Shown in pieces: positions 62,708 to 64,000 of a stretch of DNA of 64,000 bases. Position 1 is the first letter of the stretch; the number at the start of each line of letters is the position of its first letter. Source of the stretch: Nemertoderma westbladi (lineage: Eukaryota > Animalia > Xenacoelomorpha); assembly GCA_032718475.1 (NCBI GenBank), contig JAUCBJ010000147.1:1-64000 (forward strand), in the 5' to 3' direction. Both the position numbers and the translations under genes were made by a program. The notes beneath the pieces were generated by a model that was not told the DNA's origin, made no database searches, and saw nothing but the letters and a program-made list of their open reading frames with translations.

Positions 62708-63118
62708 CTACGTAGAAGCTGAGGGCGCAAGTTTAGGTTTATCGAAAACGTTAGGCATTTCCCAGTTGGGCGACGCGTCCCCGGTAAATTCCGGTTCCCG
62801 GAACTCGAATGTCGGAACCTGATTGACGTCACCGTGCTTGTCTCCGTATATAGTAGCGAGTTTGGTTCGTTCAGCCTTCATCATGGCCTCCCACTCGGGC
62901 CCTGCCTCCACCATAGCGCCCCCAGCTGCCTCGCTCTTCTTCGCGTAATCTTGTAGCTTTGCAACGAAAAGGCGTTGGATTGGATCGAGGACGAAGGCCT
63001 TCTTTACGGCGCTTTGAAAGGCGGCCGATGTGAGGCTGAGTTGTCGGGATGACCGTGATAGTAAGGAACCCGTGCGGCCAGCAGAACGGCCGGAAAAAGA
63101 TACTGGCGGTCGGTTCAT
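62708..63118 (-). CDS. ATP5PF: Mitochondrial ATP synthase peripheral stalk subunit F6, single-exon CDS
   Basis: Arg/Ser-rich presequence, then LDPIQRLFVAKLQDY..GGAMVEAGPE..KLATIYG..VPTFEFREP. Confidence 0.92.
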   Translation of the reverse strand: MNRPPVSFSGRSAGRTGSLLSRSSRQLSLTSAAFQSAVKKAFVLDPIQRLFVAKLQDYAKKSEAAGGAMVEAGPEWEAMMKAERTKLATIYGDKHGDVNQVPTFEFREPEFTGDASPNWEMPNVFDKPKLAPSAST

Positions 63119-64000
63119 TGTGCAAAACTTCAGTATTTATGAATAATAAAGCAGCCTGTACCAGTAGTACAGCAGTAGTAGAACTAGTAGTAGTCTAGGT
63201 TCGATAAATCGGTAATAATACTTTACTGAATTATGTAGCGGTCTAGCGGTAGCGGTACTGCTTTACTGTATTAGCACAGACACAGACCAAAGCTGTAGTA
63301 GTGGAGGGGAATGAGAAGTACGGATGAAAGGCGGGACCTAATGAATCCAGTAATTACAGATTAGGTTAGAATTTAATATAGTTATTGGGGAGGGGATGGA
63401 ATGTAACCCAGTAACCGCAAGCATGTCAATGTCACATTGGATCCTCTATAACAATGGTACCGGTACATGAATGGATACATTCGATCTTGTTTAATTGAAA
63501 TTAGTAGCCCGAATGTAACATAGACCTACATTTATGTCAGATGTGTTTTGATTTCAGGGATCAACCAATGAAAAGCTTTCGTTTATTTGCAAGAAAATAG
63601 GCCTAAAGCTGTAAAGATAACGTTCCCCTGTCCAGCTGTCAGCCTGTCCCCCTGTCTCACTCATTTATTGCTCGGTATCAAAGACAAATCTAACCCTGTA
63701 ACCAAAACAATACGCGAAAGTCAACCTCCTCTGCTCCTGTCAACAGTTTAATTTTTGAAAGTATTCAGCAGTTATTTGCGCCGATCTTCCCCTGTACAGC
63801 TGTATGCTTCGATTGCGTTAATCTGTCAATTGCTTCCAAGCTCCATCTCCATCTGAAACAAGACTGCAAGAGGATAGCAGCCCTTTGGCCTCGGGCAGTC
63901 GGGCCAGGCCAGTTACACTAAGCAGCTAAGTCCGAAAGTCCACAAAATTTCTTAGATTAGAGCCGCATGACCTTTGTGCCTGACCAACATAACGCTATAC

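Overview
AT-rich, repeat-dense window from a eukaryotic (invertebrate animal-like) nuclear genome, not a prokaryote. Main content: (1) a recent near-identical ~14.5-14.8 kb tandem duplication (10532-24986 / 24984-39771) giving two intact, intron-free PARP1 genes, whose junction lies inside the LTR of a neighbouring retrotransposon; (2) a ~14.5 kb degenerate Bel/Pao LTR retrotransposon (minus strand, ~39600-54122) that, besides gag-pro-pol, carries an extra ~790-codon frameshifted ORF in the env position with no recognisable env features; (3) a spliced alpha-arrestin-like gene the ORF track misses, whose 19-kb intron contains a 49-bp satellite and the whole Bel/Pao element; (4) single-exon VPS33A and ATP synthase F6 (ATP5PF) genes; (5) a disrupted CARD-domain gene; (6) Merlin, putative Academ, RTE-type LINE, Helitron/Helentron-like and MITE remnants plus several satellites. 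All family calls are by-eye motif recognition; no searches were run.
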